From contig JAYVSL010000172.1 in assembly GCA_043775355.1 (NCBI GenBank), positions 1 to 61,198 of the forward strand: a stretch of DNA of 61,198 nt, given 5' to 3'. A program made the position numbers and the translations under genes. Positions 43,913 through 53,603 of the stretch are shown here, one piece after another; the stretch's first letter is position 1, and each line of letters opens with the position of its first letter. Source of the DNA: Planctomycetota bacterium. Lineage in GTDB: Bacteria; Planctomycetota; UBA11346. The notes below the pieces were generated by a model that was not told the origin of the DNA, searched no databases, and saw only the letters and a program-made list of their open reading frames with translations.

Positions 43913-43951
43913 CGGTTTGCCAGGCTGCCGAGCTTGGCTCGGAGCGACCTG

Positions 43952-46147
43952 ATGAATTCCACCAGCGTCGATTTCGTTTTTGAACATGCGCCTGAACCCT
44001 GGCACATGCTCGTCGTTTTAGCGGCGATGGCGCTGGTCGCGTGGTTAGGCTGGCGGCGTTACGGGCCGTCAGCGCCAGGAACGGCTGGAATCATCGGTCG
44101 GTTATGTCGCGCTATCGCCCTGATGGCTTTGGTTTTGCTGATCGCCGGTCCGGCGTGGCGTTCAACGACCACCACCGTTTTGCCGGGTCGCGTGTTAGTG
44201 GCCGTCGATCGTAGTGCTTCCATGGCTCGCACCGACGGTCCAGGCAAGACTCAACGCGTTGCCATGGCCAGTGCGGTTGCTCAAGCATTGGAAAAACGCA
44301 ACGAAAAGATTCCATTAACCGTAGATTTTCGCGGCATCGGTGGCGTCCCAGGTGGACTCGACGCCAAGACCCTTGCGACTACCGCACCCATCCCCAATGG
44401 CTCGGCCAGCCCGCTCGGCGATGACCTCGCGCGATTAATTGCTGAGCAACGACCTGACGGATTAATCGTTATTAGCGACGGACGCGTCACCACCGGCAGC
44501 GGCTTAGCCGCATTGCCTTCTGCTTGGCGTGGTCGCGATTTAGCTGTCTCCATACTCGCGACTGGCGGAGATACGGTCGAACCTGAATTGGTCATTGATG
44601 AAGTGCAGGTCAACCGCGCGGTCGCACTCAATGAACGTGAACCCGTTTTGGTACGCCTCAGCAGTCGCGCATTACCGCCCGGCCCAATCACGATTTCGAT
44701 GATGGTCAATGATGAGCCAGCCATCACCACCAACATTGACGCACCAACCGCCGATCGCACCAACATGACCGCTAGTGAGGCACGGCTGGAAGCGAATTTT
44801 TCACACGAAGGAACTTCGCGTCTTAAAGTACGCGCAGAAAGCGGCACCGGAGCCAATCATTTGGTTGCCGAATTAGCGATGACGGTCACCGTCAGCGAAC
44901 GCAAACTGCGCGTTCTGATGCTCGACTACCGTCCTCGCTACGAAATGCGCTTTCTGCGCGAGGCCTTCAAGCGCGACAAAACCATTACTCTGCACGCGTA
45001 TTTGGCCGAAGGACGTTGGCGACGCTGGGGCGATGGTACGGATGCCATCTATGGACCAGATCATCTCCCGCTGACGCCGAGCGAATTACGCGACTATGAT
45101 GTCATTATCATTGGTGACATCGGACCCGATACGCTGCGTGAAACCGACCTCGCTAACATCGACAACGCCGTCCGTCGTGGAGCAACCGGTTTGGTGTGGG
45201 TTCCCGGTGAAAATGGCGCTATTTCCGGTTTCGTCAGCAGCAAAATCGGCAAATTACTGCCCGTCGAATTACCCGACGCCGCCTCTATTAGCCGTGGTTA
45301 TTTAGAAGGCAAAGGGCGCTTCGCTCATCGCACCAAAGCCGCAGAACTCCTGGGATTGCTTGACGCTGGTGATGTCGACTGGGAACGGCTGCCGGAATTG
45401 CTCGGCGCATCCCCAGTGATTCGACCACAGCCAGCGGCGGAAGTCCTGGTCGAAGACCAACTGCAACATCCGTTAGTGGTCAGTGGCGTCTACGGTGCAG
45501 GGCGCGCCATCTTCATCGGCGTCGACGATACGTGGCGTTGGCGCCGCAATGTTGGAGATCGTTATTTACACCGCTTTCACAGCCAATTATTGCGCTTTGT
45601 CGCATCTGGTCGTCGACTTGGCAATCAATCATGGCGCTTGTTCGCCAATCCCAGACGCGTCGTTAGTGGCGAACCGCTGACCCTCAATCTGACGCCCAAA
45701 GGCGGACGCGAAGGTTCATTGCCTGACAGCGTCACCGTTCGCCTCACCGGTGTTGGCGGCCAAGAACAATTATTGCGCCTGAATGTCGAAGGCGGAGTCG
45801 GCTTCGCTGCACGCATTCCTGCGCCCGCCGCTGGAACCTGGGCAATGGAAGTGGCTTCCGGTCTTGATCCTCAAGCGGTTGAGAACGATCAGCTCGTCGT
45901 ACTGCCACCCAGCGATGAATTGCGCGATCCACGCATTGATCGCGTGGCCCTCAACGCCCTGGCCGCAGGAACTGGCGGGAAAGTCTTCACCGACGCCAAC
46001 GAACTCGTCGCCGCCCTGCCCGATCTCTCGCACAGCGAAAGTATCAGCGCCATTAACGGTTGGTGGGATACGTGGTGGGCGTTGGCAATTATTGTGACGT
46101 TCTTGGCGATCGACTGGTCGATTCGCCGGATAAACCGCCTGCCTTAA
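43952..46147 (+). CDS. large membrane protein, vWA-like N-domain plus GATase1-like/DUF4159-type region (Bat-operon partner type)
   Basis: ATG at 43952. There are two N-terminal TM helices, VLVAVDRSASM (MIDAS-like), DVIIIGDIG...GLVWVPGE, and a C-terminal TM (WWALAIIVTFLAIDW). Confidence 0.65.
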   Translation: MNSTSVDFVFEHAPEPWHMLVVLAAMALVAWLGWRRYGPSAPGTAGIIGRLCRAIALMALVLLIAGPAWRSTTTTVLPGRVLVAVDRSASMARTDGPGKTQRVAMASAVAQALEKRNEKIPLTVDFRGIGGVPGGLDAKTLATTAPIPNGSASPLGDDLARLIAEQRPDGLIVISDGRVTTGSGLAALPSAWRGRDLAVSILATGGDTVEPELVIDEVQVNRAVALNEREPVLVRLSSRALPPGPITISMMVNDEPAITTNIDAPTADRTNMTASEARLEANFSHEGTSRLKVRAESGTGANHLVAELAMTVTVSERKLRVLMLDYRPRYEMRFLREAFKRDKTITLHAYLAEGRWRRWGDGTDAIYGPDHLPLTPSELRDYDVIIIGDIGPDTLRETDLANIDNAVRRGATGLVWVPGENGAISGFVSSKIGKLLPVELPDAASISRGYLEGKGRFAHRTKAAELLGLLDAGDVDWERLPELLGASPVIRPQPAAEVLVEDQLQHPLVVSGVYGAGRAIFIGVDDTWRWRRNVGDRYLHRFHSQLLRFVASGRRLGNQSWRLFANPRRVVSGEPLTLNLTPKGGREGSLPDSVTVRLTGVGGQEQLLRLNVEGGVGFAARIPAPAAGTWAMEVASGLDPQAVENDQLVVLPPSDELRDPRIDRVALNALAAGTGGKVFTDANELVAALPDLSHSESISAINGWWDTWWALAIIVTFLAIDWSIRRINRLP

Positions 46148-46165
46148 AAACGCTTATCAATCATG

Positions 46166-46191
46166 ACGCGCAGCGCTGAAACGCTGCGCGT
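46166..46191. terminator. bidirectional hairpin terminator between convergent genes
   Basis: Stem ACGCGCAGCG (46166-46175) / CGCTGCGCGT (46182-46191) with a 6-nt loop. It is followed by TTTCG on the plus strand. It lies between the stop at 46147 and the gyrB stop at 46197. Confidence 0.6.
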
Positions 46192-46196
46192 TTCGA

Positions 46197-48659
46197 TTAA
46201 ACATCAATGCGTTTGGCCACTGACAACGCGTAACGTTCAATAAAGTCGCGACGAATCGCCACGTCATTACCCATCAGTGTAGCGAACATACGTTCAGCTT
46301 CGATCGCGTCGCTCAACGTCACCTTGAGCAACGTGCGCGCTTTCGGATCCATGGTGGTTTCCCACAATTGATCGGGGTTCATTTCACCCAACCCTTTGTA
46401 GCGCTGAATATCGAGACCACGTGAACCGAAGCGTTTGATGGTTGGCACCAGCGCGGCCAGATGCGTAAGCACCACTTCTTCTTTTGCGTCTTTGATGACG
46501 AACGGACTGATGCGACCTGGACTGTCGAGTAAAAATTCAGGATTGTAGCCTTGAATACGCAAACGATCGAGGCTGCGCTCCATCATCTCGCGCTCGGTGA
46601 ATTCAATCAGTTCCGGCACAATCGGCGCCGGTTCACCTTCGACGCGCTCGGTCGTCGGTTTGTGGCGACCGAGCAGCTCATCGAGTTCCGCTTCTGAATA
46701 CAGATATTGAATCGCTTCGCCTAAACGCGCGCGATACAACGGCAAAACGCCGGAACCGTTGCGCAGATCAAGGTATTCATCAATGGTCAAACCCTTGAGC
46801 GCCAACACGCGGTCATGATCATCAAACTCTTGCAGCACTTCAACGAGGCCGACCAAGGCTGGGCCAGTAATCGTGCGGTCGCGGCCAGTGCTGCGATCGG
46901 TCAGCGTCGAGCCGTCGGTACCGAGGCGAATGATTTCGCCGCTGAGTAGTTTTTCGTTGAAGATATATTCGCTGCTCTTGCCGCGCGTGACTTTATAGAG
47001 CGGCGGTTGAGCAACGTAGATATTGCCGTTTTCAACTAACCGAGGCAGGTGGCGGAAGAAAAAGGTCAGCAACAGCGTACGAATATGACTGCCGTCAACG
47101 TCAGCGTCAGTCATGATAACGATTTTGCCGTAGCGCAGACCTTCGAGGTTAAATTCCTCGCCGATATTTGTGCCAAACGCCTGAATCATGGCGCTGATTT
47201 CTGAATGCCCCATGACTTTATCGATGCGTGCTTTTTCGACGTTAACGATTTTTCCCTTCAACGGCAAAATCGCTTGAATGCGCGCATCGCTGCCGCGCTT
47301 AGCGGAACCACCGGCCGAATCACCTTCGACCAGGAAGATTTCGGTTTCATGGACATTGCGGCTTTGGCAGTCACGCAATTTATCAGGCATGCCACCGTTG
47401 TTGAGCAGGCTCTTACGATTTTTGCGCGCCATGTCGCGCGCCTTGCGGGCGGCTTCACGAGCCTCCATCGCTGAGAGCGCTTTGCTGACCAAGGCTTTGG
47501 CGATCTTGGGATTTTCAGCGCAGTAATCTTTGATCGCTGGGCCGATAAGATTCTGCACGATACCAGCGATCTCGATGTTGATCAGCTTGTCTTTGGTCTG
47601 CGCCGAAAACTTGGGATCGCCCAGTTTGACCGACACGATAGCGCACAAACCTTCGCGCAAATCTTCGCCCGCTGGTGGTTTGTCATCAGCCTTGAGCAAA
47701 CCCGAAGTTTTGGCGTAGGTATTGAACTCACGCGTCAGCGCGGTTTTAAAGCCTTCAAGATGCGTACCGCCGTCGCGGTTACGAATGTTGTTGGCGAAAC
47801 AAAGAATCTGTTCGTCGTAGCTGTCGTTATACTGAATCGCTAACTCAACATCGATGCCTTCCGGCGTCGAGCGATTGATGTGAATCACTGGATGGAGCGC
47901 ATCTTTGCCTTGGTTGAGATAACGCACAAACGCCGCCAGGCCATCGGTGGAATAGAATACTTCCGCTTTGCCTTCTTCGCGCAGATCCTGCAAGTTGATG
48001 CGCACGCCACTATTGAGGAAGGCCAGCTCGCGCAAACGTGCGGCGATGATTTTGAAATCGAAAACGGTGTTGTCGCCGAAGACTTCAACGTCAGGTTTAA
48101 AATGAATGGTGGTTCCACGTTCCGTCGAAACGCCAAGCGTTTCCAACGGAGTCTTCGCTTCGCCACGTTCAAAACGCATGCGGTAATGATGGCCATCACG
48201 CTTGATGTCCGCCACCAGCCAAGCACTGACGGCATTGACGCAGCTGACGCCGACGCCGTGCAGACCGCCTGATTTTTTATACGCGCCAGCACCTTGATTA
48301 TCGAACTTGCCACCAGCGTGCAAAATCGTCAGCACCACTTCGAGCGTGCTTTTTCCGCTGGAAGGATGTGGCGCGACGGGAATGCCACGTCCATTATCGC
48401 TTACCGATAAAGAATTATCCGGATGAATGGTGATCAACACTTCGCTGCAATGACCAGCCAAAGCTTCATCGATCGAGTTATCGATGGTTTCCCACACCAA
48501 TTGATAAAGACCGCCCGCACCAGGATCGCCGATGTACATACCTGGGCGTTTACGCACCGCCGCCATACCTTCGAGCACTTGAATCTTGTCGACTCCATAG
48601 TCGCTACTGGAAGTACTGTTGGAGGGTTGGTTGGCAGCTGGCGACGGGTCGGCGGACAT
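46197..48659 (-). CDS. gyrB: DNA gyrase subunit B
   Basis: 820 aa. Conserved blocks: VLEGMAAVRKRPGMYIGD, GGLHGVG, EIFLVEGDSAGGSAK, PLKGKIVNVEKA, IMTDADVDGSHIRTLLLTFF and the C-terminal QRYKGLGEMNP. Confidence 0.97.
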   Translation of the reverse strand: MSADPSPAANQPSNSTSSSDYGVDKIQVLEGMAAVRKRPGMYIGDPGAGGLYQLVWETIDNSIDEALAGHCSEVLITIHPDNSLSVSDNGRGIPVAPHPSSGKSTLEVVLTILHAGGKFDNQGAGAYKKSGGLHGVGVSCVNAVSAWLVADIKRDGHHYRMRFERGEAKTPLETLGVSTERGTTIHFKPDVEVFGDNTVFDFKIIAARLRELAFLNSGVRINLQDLREEGKAEVFYSTDGLAAFVRYLNQGKDALHPVIHINRSTPEGIDVELAIQYNDSYDEQILCFANNIRNRDGGTHLEGFKTALTREFNTYAKTSGLLKADDKPPAGEDLREGLCAIVSVKLGDPKFSAQTKDKLINIEIAGIVQNLIGPAIKDYCAENPKIAKALVSKALSAMEAREAARKARDMARKNRKSLLNNGGMPDKLRDCQSRNVHETEIFLVEGDSAGGSAKRGSDARIQAILPLKGKIVNVEKARIDKVMGHSEISAMIQAFGTNIGEEFNLEGLRYGKIVIMTDADVDGSHIRTLLLTFFFRHLPRLVENGNIYVAQPPLYKVTRGKSSEYIFNEKLLSGEIIRLGTDGSTLTDRSTGRDRTITGPALVGLVEVLQEFDDHDRVLALKGLTIDEYLDLRNGSGVLPLYRARLGEAIQYLYSEAELDELLGRHKPTTERVEGEPAPIVPELIEFTEREMMERSLDRLRIQGYNPEFLLDSPGRISPFVIKDAKEEVVLTHLAALVPTIKRFGSRGLDIQRYKGLGEMNPDQLWETTMDPKARTLLKVTLSDAIEAERMFATLMGNDVAIRRDFIERYALSVAKRIDV

Positions 48660-48871
48660 GCAGAAAACTCCGAGGATTTACACTGGTTTGCACCAAGCGC
48701 GAGACGATTGGCGAAGCGTACCGCGAGAGCCTCATTGGCAATGCCCGGATGCTCGCTGAAAAGCGTTCGAGAACCCGTCGCTCAACACCCCCATCGACCC
48801 CTGTGACCACGAATGCTGGACTTGCGAGATGCATGCTTGCCGCGTTGGTCGAGGCACAGAACCTGCGGCCC

Positions 48872-49789
48872 ATGACTGCTGCCCAGGCCACGCCCGATGC
48901 TGACGCCACTGCCTTGCTTACCGAAGCGGTGCGCTTGGCCGATGTGGCGCTCGAACGATGGTTGCCCCCTGCTGATGAAGCGCCAACGCGCTTACACCAA
49001 GCCATGCGCTACAGCGTTTTCGCTGGCGGCAAACGTCTGCGACCGGCCTTAGTTTTGGCCAGTGCGCGTGCCGTCGGTGGCGCGGCCAATGAACAGATGG
49101 CCGCCAGCATCGGCGCGGCGATGGCAGCGGTTGAAGTTTTGCACACGTATACCCTGATCCATGACGATTTACCGGCAATGGATGACGATGATTTGCGGCG
49201 TGGACGTCCGACCTGTCATAAGGCCTTTGATGAAGCGACCGCGATTTTAGCGGGTGATGCGTTACAGACACTCGCTTTTGAAGCATGCGCAGCCATCAAC
49301 GCAGAAGCCGTTACGGTCTTAGCGCGCGCCTCTGGCAGCCGTGGCGTGGTGGGTGGTCAGCAAGACGATCTTGATGCTGAAGGTCAACCAATCGACCAAT
49401 CACCGGCGACTCGTGCACGTTTGGAGCGCATTCATCGCGGAAAAACCGCTGCGCTTATTCGCGCCAGCTGTGAACTAGGTGCCATCGCAGCGGGCGCAAA
49501 CGCCACCATGCGGAGCGCGCTGCGAACCTACGGCGAAGCCATCGGCTTGGCTTTTCAGGTGGCCGACGATGTCCTCGACGCTACCGCCAGTTCTTCGGCA
49601 CTCGGCAAAACCCCCGGTAAAGATGCGGCGCAGGGCAAGCTCACGTACGTTGCCGTGCATGGCCTTGATGCAGCACGGCGTGAAGCCGAACGACTCGAAC
49701 AAGAAGCTCTCGCTGCGCTTGCGCCGCTCGGGGCACCTGCCAACGCGCTGCGAGCATTAGGACGCTTCGTTGTCCGGAGAGATCACTGA
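48872..49789 (+). CDS. polyprenyl diphosphate synthase (FPP/GGPP synthase family)
   Basis: First DDxxD (LIHDDLPAMDDDDLRRGRPTCH) and second (FQVADDVLD) aspartate-rich motifs. The start is taken at ATG 48872; ATG 48833 is also possible. Confidence 0.85.
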   Translation: MTAAQATPDADATALLTEAVRLADVALERWLPPADEAPTRLHQAMRYSVFAGGKRLRPALVLASARAVGGAANEQMAASIGAAMAAVEVLHTYTLIHDDLPAMDDDDLRRGRPTCHKAFDEATAILAGDALQTLAFEACAAINAEAVTVLARASGSRGVVGGQQDDLDAEGQPIDQSPATRARLERIHRGKTAALIRASCELGAIAAGANATMRSALRTYGEAIGLAFQVADDVLDATASSSALGKTPGKDAAQGKLTYVAVHGLDAARREAERLEQEALAALAPLGAPANALRALGRFVVRRDH

Positions 49790-49790
49790 T

Positions 49791-50717
49791 ATGACCTACC
49801 GATCCCTATTTTTGAGCGTGATATTCGCATTGTCTGCGAGCGTCTGCGCGTGGTCTGGCGATGCATTAACCACGGCACCGCCGACCACCGTACCCGTGAT
49901 CGGCGGCTATCACTTTACCGTCGGCACCAATCAATTGTACGCGTACAGCCTTAAGCAGACCGTCAGCTGGAATAGCGCGGGCGATGCGTTGACCTACCAA
50001 TCAACCTTGCTGTGGAAATTTCTCCTCACCGTCGTGGAAGCCACGCCCGAACGCGCCGTGCTTGAAGCCACTATTTTGCGTGTTCAGGCAACCCACGATG
50101 GTCCCGCTTCGCGGCGATTCGTCGACAGCGGTATAAAAGGTGAGCAAAACGGCGCCGAAGATCCGCTCCTTGGACATCTTCTCGCGCTCAACGGCGCGGT
50201 TTTAACACTGGTGGTGAATCCGACGACTGGCCAGGTGAGCGAAGTCCGTGGCGGCGAAGCCATCGTGGCAAAAATCAACAAACTAACTCCTGCTCTCATT
50301 CCTGGCGATCCTCCACCGCTCGACGCGGCAGCGAAAGCAGCTTTCAGCGGCGAAGCCTTGGGGCGAATTTGGAATCAACTTTTGGCGCAACCGCGCGACG
50401 TTTCCGTGAAGGTTCCGCTGGGACCGCCTTTGCATGGCGAGGTCGAGCGGCAATGGCAGGGCGCTCAATTCACCCTGCTTTTACCCACTGGAACCGACCA
50501 TTTAGATGCCACGTTAGTCAGCGACCCAACGCCCGTAGCGGTAAAACTGAGTGCGCTAACCGGCAAAGGTGGCGTCAACGTCAATCTCAAAAACGGCATG
50601 CCAGGCGGCAGCAAAGGCGAACTCGGGTTTCTCTTGACCTTCAACGCTTTAACTCAGCCAGTCGGGCAGCAACACCTGATCAACTGGGAACTCGTCCCGT
50701 TGATTCTTGAACCCTAA
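49791..50717 (+). CDS. secreted hypothetical protein
   Basis: The ATG at 49791, 1 nt after the upstream stop, gives the signal peptide MTYRSLFLSVIFALSASVCAWSG. No domain recognised. Confidence 0.55.
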   Translation: MTYRSLFLSVIFALSASVCAWSGDALTTAPPTTVPVIGGYHFTVGTNQLYAYSLKQTVSWNSAGDALTYQSTLLWKFLLTVVEATPERAVLEATILRVQATHDGPASRRFVDSGIKGEQNGAEDPLLGHLLALNGAVLTLVVNPTTGQVSEVRGGEAIVAKINKLTPALIPGDPPPLDAAAKAAFSGEALGRIWNQLLAQPRDVSVKVPLGPPLHGEVERQWQGAQFTLLLPTGTDHLDATLVSDPTPVAVKLSALTGKGGVNVNLKNGMPGGSKGELGFLLTFNALTQPVGQQHLINWELVPLILEP

Positions 50718-50860
50718 AATCTGGCCAGCTGAAGCTGCTAGCCGCCGGTGTCTCTCCCAGTTGCGCCCCGCTCGTCACATCGGTCGCCCTGGCATTTGCG
50801 CGTAGTCAGCTCATGCCTAGCATCTCGCTGACTAACCGCCTTTCGCACCGGAGATAACGC

Positions 50861-52411
50861 ATGTTCGCCAGCAGCAAGTTAGTAGTCGGGCTCGATGTCG
50901 GTTCTTATTCCGTGAAAGCGGTGGCCCTTCAACCCAGCGGCGAACGTCTGACTTTGCAGGGATACGCGCAGGCGCGCATCGGCACGCAAGAGCCGGTGGA
51001 GGTCATTCGCAAGGTCCTTGAACAACTGGGCGTCAAACCTCGGCGTGCGGTCACCAGCGTTTCTGGACGTTCGGTGATCGTGCGCCAAGTCGAAACGCCG
51101 CGTTTGCCGTCGGACGAATTAAAAGCGCATATCGTCTACGAAGCGGACAAATATATCCCCTTCGGTAGCGAAGAGGTTATCATCGATTGTCAGACGTTGC
51201 CAGATCGCGACGAAGCCAAAGCCAACAACATGCAAGTATTGCTGGTCGCCGTGCGACGCGGTTTTGTCGAAGATCATATCACTCAATTGAAAGCCGCTGG
51301 AATTTCCCCTGAAGTCATCGACGTTGACGTTTTTGCTTTATCGAATGCCTATGAATTACTGGGCCCTGGCCCGCAACCTGGTGTTGAAAAAAGTGCCACC
51401 GCACTGATCGATATCGGCGCGAGCAAAAGCAATATCGCCATCGTGCAGGGCAATCGCCTGCTTTTTACCCGCGAAGTGTACCTTGCGGGAAATGAAATCA
51501 CCGACGCCATCGTTCGTACGTTCAATGAACCCGCCGAAGATGTGGAGCGCATCAAGTCCGCCCCAGGCGAAGCGCTCGAAGCCTTGATGGATGCGGCGCT
51601 GCCTGCGTTTGAAGATCTGGCCAACGAGATTCGCCTGAGCTTCGATTACGTTGAAGGACAGTTCGAAGTGCAAGTCGCCGATTTAGTGCTGACTGGTGGT
51701 TCCAGTCAGCTGCCAGGTATTGCTGAAATTCTTGGCAATATTCTTGGGCGTCCGGTACACGTATTCGATCCGCTCGCCGGTCTTGATTTAGTACCGAGTA
51801 AATACGACATCAATGGTTTGGACGCCAATGGTCCATCGCTGACTGTGGCCCTGGGTTTGGCCGCGCACATTTTGCAATTTGGTCAGACCGGACTTGGTGG
51901 TTCTAACTGCCACAACTGGCAGCCGCGCCAAGTGCGCGACGGCACTATCGTCCCCAAAGCACCGGCGGCTGCGGCAGCACCAGTGATCCCAGAAGAATCG
52001 CTGACCAAACCCACCAGTGCCTTCGCCCGCCAAGCAGTAGCGATGGAACCATTGCCGTTGCAGTCCTCGCCGCCACCAATGCCGCAGCCGCTGCCGATGA
52101 GCGCTCCGCCGATGGTGTTGACGCCGCCGCCAGCTGTCCCGGTGTCGAACACGCCGCGTATGCTGGATCTCGATCAGCCGATGGATGATGACGGCTTGTC
52201 GACCGACGCCATTCTCAGCGATCCGACGCGCAGCGCGCTGTTGGTGGTGTTGGATGAAGATCAAGAGATGCCGCCGAGCGAACGCCACGAACGCGGCACC
52301 ATAAGTCGGCCAGCCAGTCGGCCATCACAAGTGCTGAAGGTCGAGAGCTTCGAAGAGGATGACGACAAAGAGGAAAAATCTGGCGGGCTTCCGGAATTAC
52401 CGCGTTTATAA
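50861..52411 (+). CDS. PilM/FtsA-like actin-fold ATPase with long Pro-rich, acidic C-terminal extension
   Basis: GGAG lies upstream of the ATG. LVVGLDVGSYSVKAVAL (phosphate-1), IDIGASKSNIAIV and LTGGSSQLPGIAEIL are PilM-type motifs. About 170 extra residues (PPPMPQPLPMSAPPMVLTPPPAVP ... EEDDDKEE) follow. Confidence 0.75.
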   Translation: MFASSKLVVGLDVGSYSVKAVALQPSGERLTLQGYAQARIGTQEPVEVIRKVLEQLGVKPRRAVTSVSGRSVIVRQVETPRLPSDELKAHIVYEADKYIPFGSEEVIIDCQTLPDRDEAKANNMQVLLVAVRRGFVEDHITQLKAAGISPEVIDVDVFALSNAYELLGPGPQPGVEKSATALIDIGASKSNIAIVQGNRLLFTREVYLAGNEITDAIVRTFNEPAEDVERIKSAPGEALEALMDAALPAFEDLANEIRLSFDYVEGQFEVQVADLVLTGGSSQLPGIAEILGNILGRPVHVFDPLAGLDLVPSKYDINGLDANGPSLTVALGLAAHILQFGQTGLGGSNCHNWQPRQVRDGTIVPKAPAAAAAPVIPEESLTKPTSAFARQAVAMEPLPLQSSPPPMPQPLPMSAPPMVLTPPPAVPVSNTPRMLDLDQPMDDDGLSTDAILSDPTRSALLVVLDEDQEMPPSERHERGTISRPASRPSQVLKVESFEEDDDKEEKSGGLPELPRL

Positions 52412-52467
52412 GCAGAATCGCCCTTTTCGCATCATCACGCATCATCACGCATCGTCATGCGTCGTCA

Positions 52468-52495
52468 CGAAGGGAGCGCCTAGGCGCTCCCTTCG
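52468..52495 (+). terminator. hairpin terminator after the pilM-like gene
   Basis: Stem CGAAGGGAGCGCC (52468-52480) / GGCGCTCCCTTCG (52483-52495), followed by TTCGTTC. It is preceded by four 10-bp repeats (52429-52468). Confidence 0.6.
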
Positions 52496-52588
52496 TTCGT
52501 TCATGCTCACCGTCGACATAGGACGAAAATCGGCAAAAAAGCCAGCTGAGCTGGACTGCCGCGCATTGCTTGCAAGCTGCCGCAGATC

Positions 52589-53584
52589 ATGCCTGAGCTT
52601 TATTCCCTCCATCGCCTCACTCTTGCCGCAGCTGAAGAGCCGTTGTTCGCCGCATTGGCCAACGCCATCCCAGGCCTATCGCGCCACCAAGCCCGTTTGG
52701 CCATCACCGCCGGATTGGTGAAAGTCGGTGGGTCGGCGGTGCTCGAACCGAAATCTTTACTGACGTCATCAAGTAAGGTCGAATGCGATTTGCGTCATGG
52801 TATTAAAACGGCTTTCAAAGCACGCATCTATGAAAACGTGACGCCGACCGATAAGCCGTTCACCATTATCTTCCAAGATAGCCAAGTTATCGTCGTCGAT
52901 AAACAATCCGGAATCGTCTCAGCACCGACGATCAAACCTGGAGATACCACTCCTGAACGCGGTCACATGCCGGAATTATTGCGCCGAGCCTGCCATAAAC
53001 GTGGACAAGAACTGCGCTTTATTGGTCAGGTCCATCGCCTCGACAAAGAAACCAGCGGCTGTCTCTGCTTCGCACTGACGCGCGAATCTCAGCGCTTGAT
53101 GGCAACACAATTCGCCAGTCATGCCGCTGCCCGCACCTACCGCTGCATAACCGTGCGCACACCACGCAATATGGAAGATACGTTGCGCGGCTCGCTCGGT
53201 CGACGACTCGATGGTCGACGCGCTTTGGTCACCGATGACGAAGACGGCGACGGCAAAGAAATGATCACGCATTTCCGCGTGCTGCGAAAATTCACCGGCG
53301 CCGACGGACGCGACCTGGGCGCTGAACTGGAAGTGCGCCTGGAAACCGGACGCACGCATCAAATTCGCATAAGTCTTTCTGCGATTGGTTGCCCGATCTA
53401 TGGCGACACGGTGTATGGATTAACTGGCAAAGCAGCACGCACTGCGGTGCCAGCACCGAAATCACCACGCATGATGTTACACGCTCATTTGCTCGCCTTC
53501 GACCATCCTTTGAGCGGTGAACGCATCGAAGTCGTGGCGCCCGTGCCGAAGGTTTTCGACGAGTTCGCCCGCTTACTGAAATGA
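52589..53584 (+). CDS. RluA-family pseudouridine synthase (RluD-like, with S4-like N-domain)
   Basis: Catalytic motif VHRLDKETSGCLCFA, and RTHQIRISL near the C-terminus. Confidence 0.85.
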   Translation: MPELYSLHRLTLAAAEEPLFAALANAIPGLSRHQARLAITAGLVKVGGSAVLEPKSLLTSSSKVECDLRHGIKTAFKARIYENVTPTDKPFTIIFQDSQVIVVDKQSGIVSAPTIKPGDTTPERGHMPELLRRACHKRGQELRFIGQVHRLDKETSGCLCFALTRESQRLMATQFASHAAARTYRCITVRTPRNMEDTLRGSLGRRLDGRRALVTDDEDGDGKEMITHFRVLRKFTGADGRDLGAELEVRLETGRTHQIRISLSAIGCPIYGDTVYGLTGKAARTAVPAPKSPRMMLHAHLLAFDHPLSGERIEVVAPVPKVFDEFARLLK

Positions 53585-53603
53585 TCTACGGTCGCCACCA
53601 CGC

